A DNA stretch of 64,000 nucleotides from Takakia lepidozioides (Eukaryota; Plantae; Bryophyta). Below the pieces are notes generated by a model, which searched no databases, was not told the origin of the DNA, and saw only the letters and a list, made by a program, of their open reading frames with translations. A program made the translations under genes and the position numbers. Location of the stretch: the NCBI GenBank assembly GCA_030704615.1, contig CM060731.1, forward strand, positions 87,668,001-87,732,000, read 5' to 3'. Positions 63,265-64,000 of this stretch are shown in pieces. Position 1 is the stretch's first letter. Each line of letters opens with the position of its first letter.

Positions 63265-63955
63265 ACGCGACCGCCACATGACGGTCGCTATATGTATAAA
63301 AACAAGAAGAGCGACCGCCATGTGGCGGTCGCTGCATTTTTTTTAAATATATTAAATAAGCGACTGCCTACTGGCGGTCGCTTAATTCAAGATTCAAAAT
63401 AAAAATAAGCGACCGCTGCTAAATGGCGGTCGCTTTATTTAAAAATATATATTAAGTAAGCGACCGCCAAACGGCGGTCGCTTAATTTAAAGAATCAAAA
63501 TCAAATCCAGCGACCGCCGCCAAATTGCGGTCGTTGTATTGTTTATTAACAAAAATAGCGACGGCCGCCAAATGGCGGTCGCTGCATTTTTTAAAAATTT
63601 ACTGAAGAAGCGACCGCCAAACGGCGGTCGCTTTATTTCAGAATTTTAAAAAAAAAACGACCGCTGCTAAATGGCGGTCGCTAAATTTAAAAAAAAAACT
63701 AAAGCGACCGCCACATGGCAGTCGCTGTATTTTTACAAAATATAATAAAGATGTAATAATAATAATATAATAAAGTGCGAGCGACAGCCAATCTGGGCGG
63801 TCGCTTCATTTAAAACATAATAAACTTCAACCAACCGCCAATATAGGCGGTCGCTTAATTTAACAAAATATTAAATTACAAACGACCGCCAATATGGGCG
63901 GTCGTTTCATTTTAAAAATAATAAATTATATGCGACCGCCAATATAGGCGGACGT
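63265..63955. repeat. Array of about 14 hairpin palindromes GCGACCGCC-N4-7-GGCGGTCGC separated by AT-rich spacers (about 50-bp period)
   Basis: Units start at about 63267, 63311, 63360, 63409, 63460, 63510, 63558, 63610, 63657, 63704, 63781, 63832, 63883 and 63932. Confidence 0.95.
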
Positions 63956-64000
63956 ATTTTTTTTAAAGAATTAATAAATATTAATAATTGGCCACATCTG

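Noticed and set aside
63265-63955. CRISPR array (palindromic repeats with spacers of about 25 nt)
   Set aside because: Repeats vary in loop length, spacers are AT-rich and resemble each other, no cas genes are present, and the context is eukaryotic.

Overview
Eukaryotic, intron-containing DNA from a land plant, probably a non-seed plant (inferred from PPR-DYW fragments, a trihelix gene and the transposon families). Only one clearly intact host gene is present, a 3-exon trihelix transcription factor at 39.1-42.4 kb. The rest is nested and partly inverted transposon sequence: a CACTA element interrupted by a Ty3/Gypsy LTR retrotransposon, which is itself interrupted by a Mutator-like element (MULE), plus LINE fragments, a non-autonomous Helitron and a Pack-type TIR element carrying PPR fragments. 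The most striking content is two diverged members of one MULE family. Each has a GCM-like/DDE/SWIM transposase gene (DDE core deleted in copy 2), divergent after reconstruction from a spliced gene encoding a ParB/Srx-like domain fused to a beta-class N4/N6 DNA methyltransferase-like domain. Each carries its own array of CG-rich palindromes (core CGGCGCCG in copy 1, CGCCGGCG in copy 2), spaced mostly at whole helical turns. Both elements are split by inversions, recognisable from reverse-complemented target-site duplications. All domain assignments were made by eye from motifs; no searches were run.
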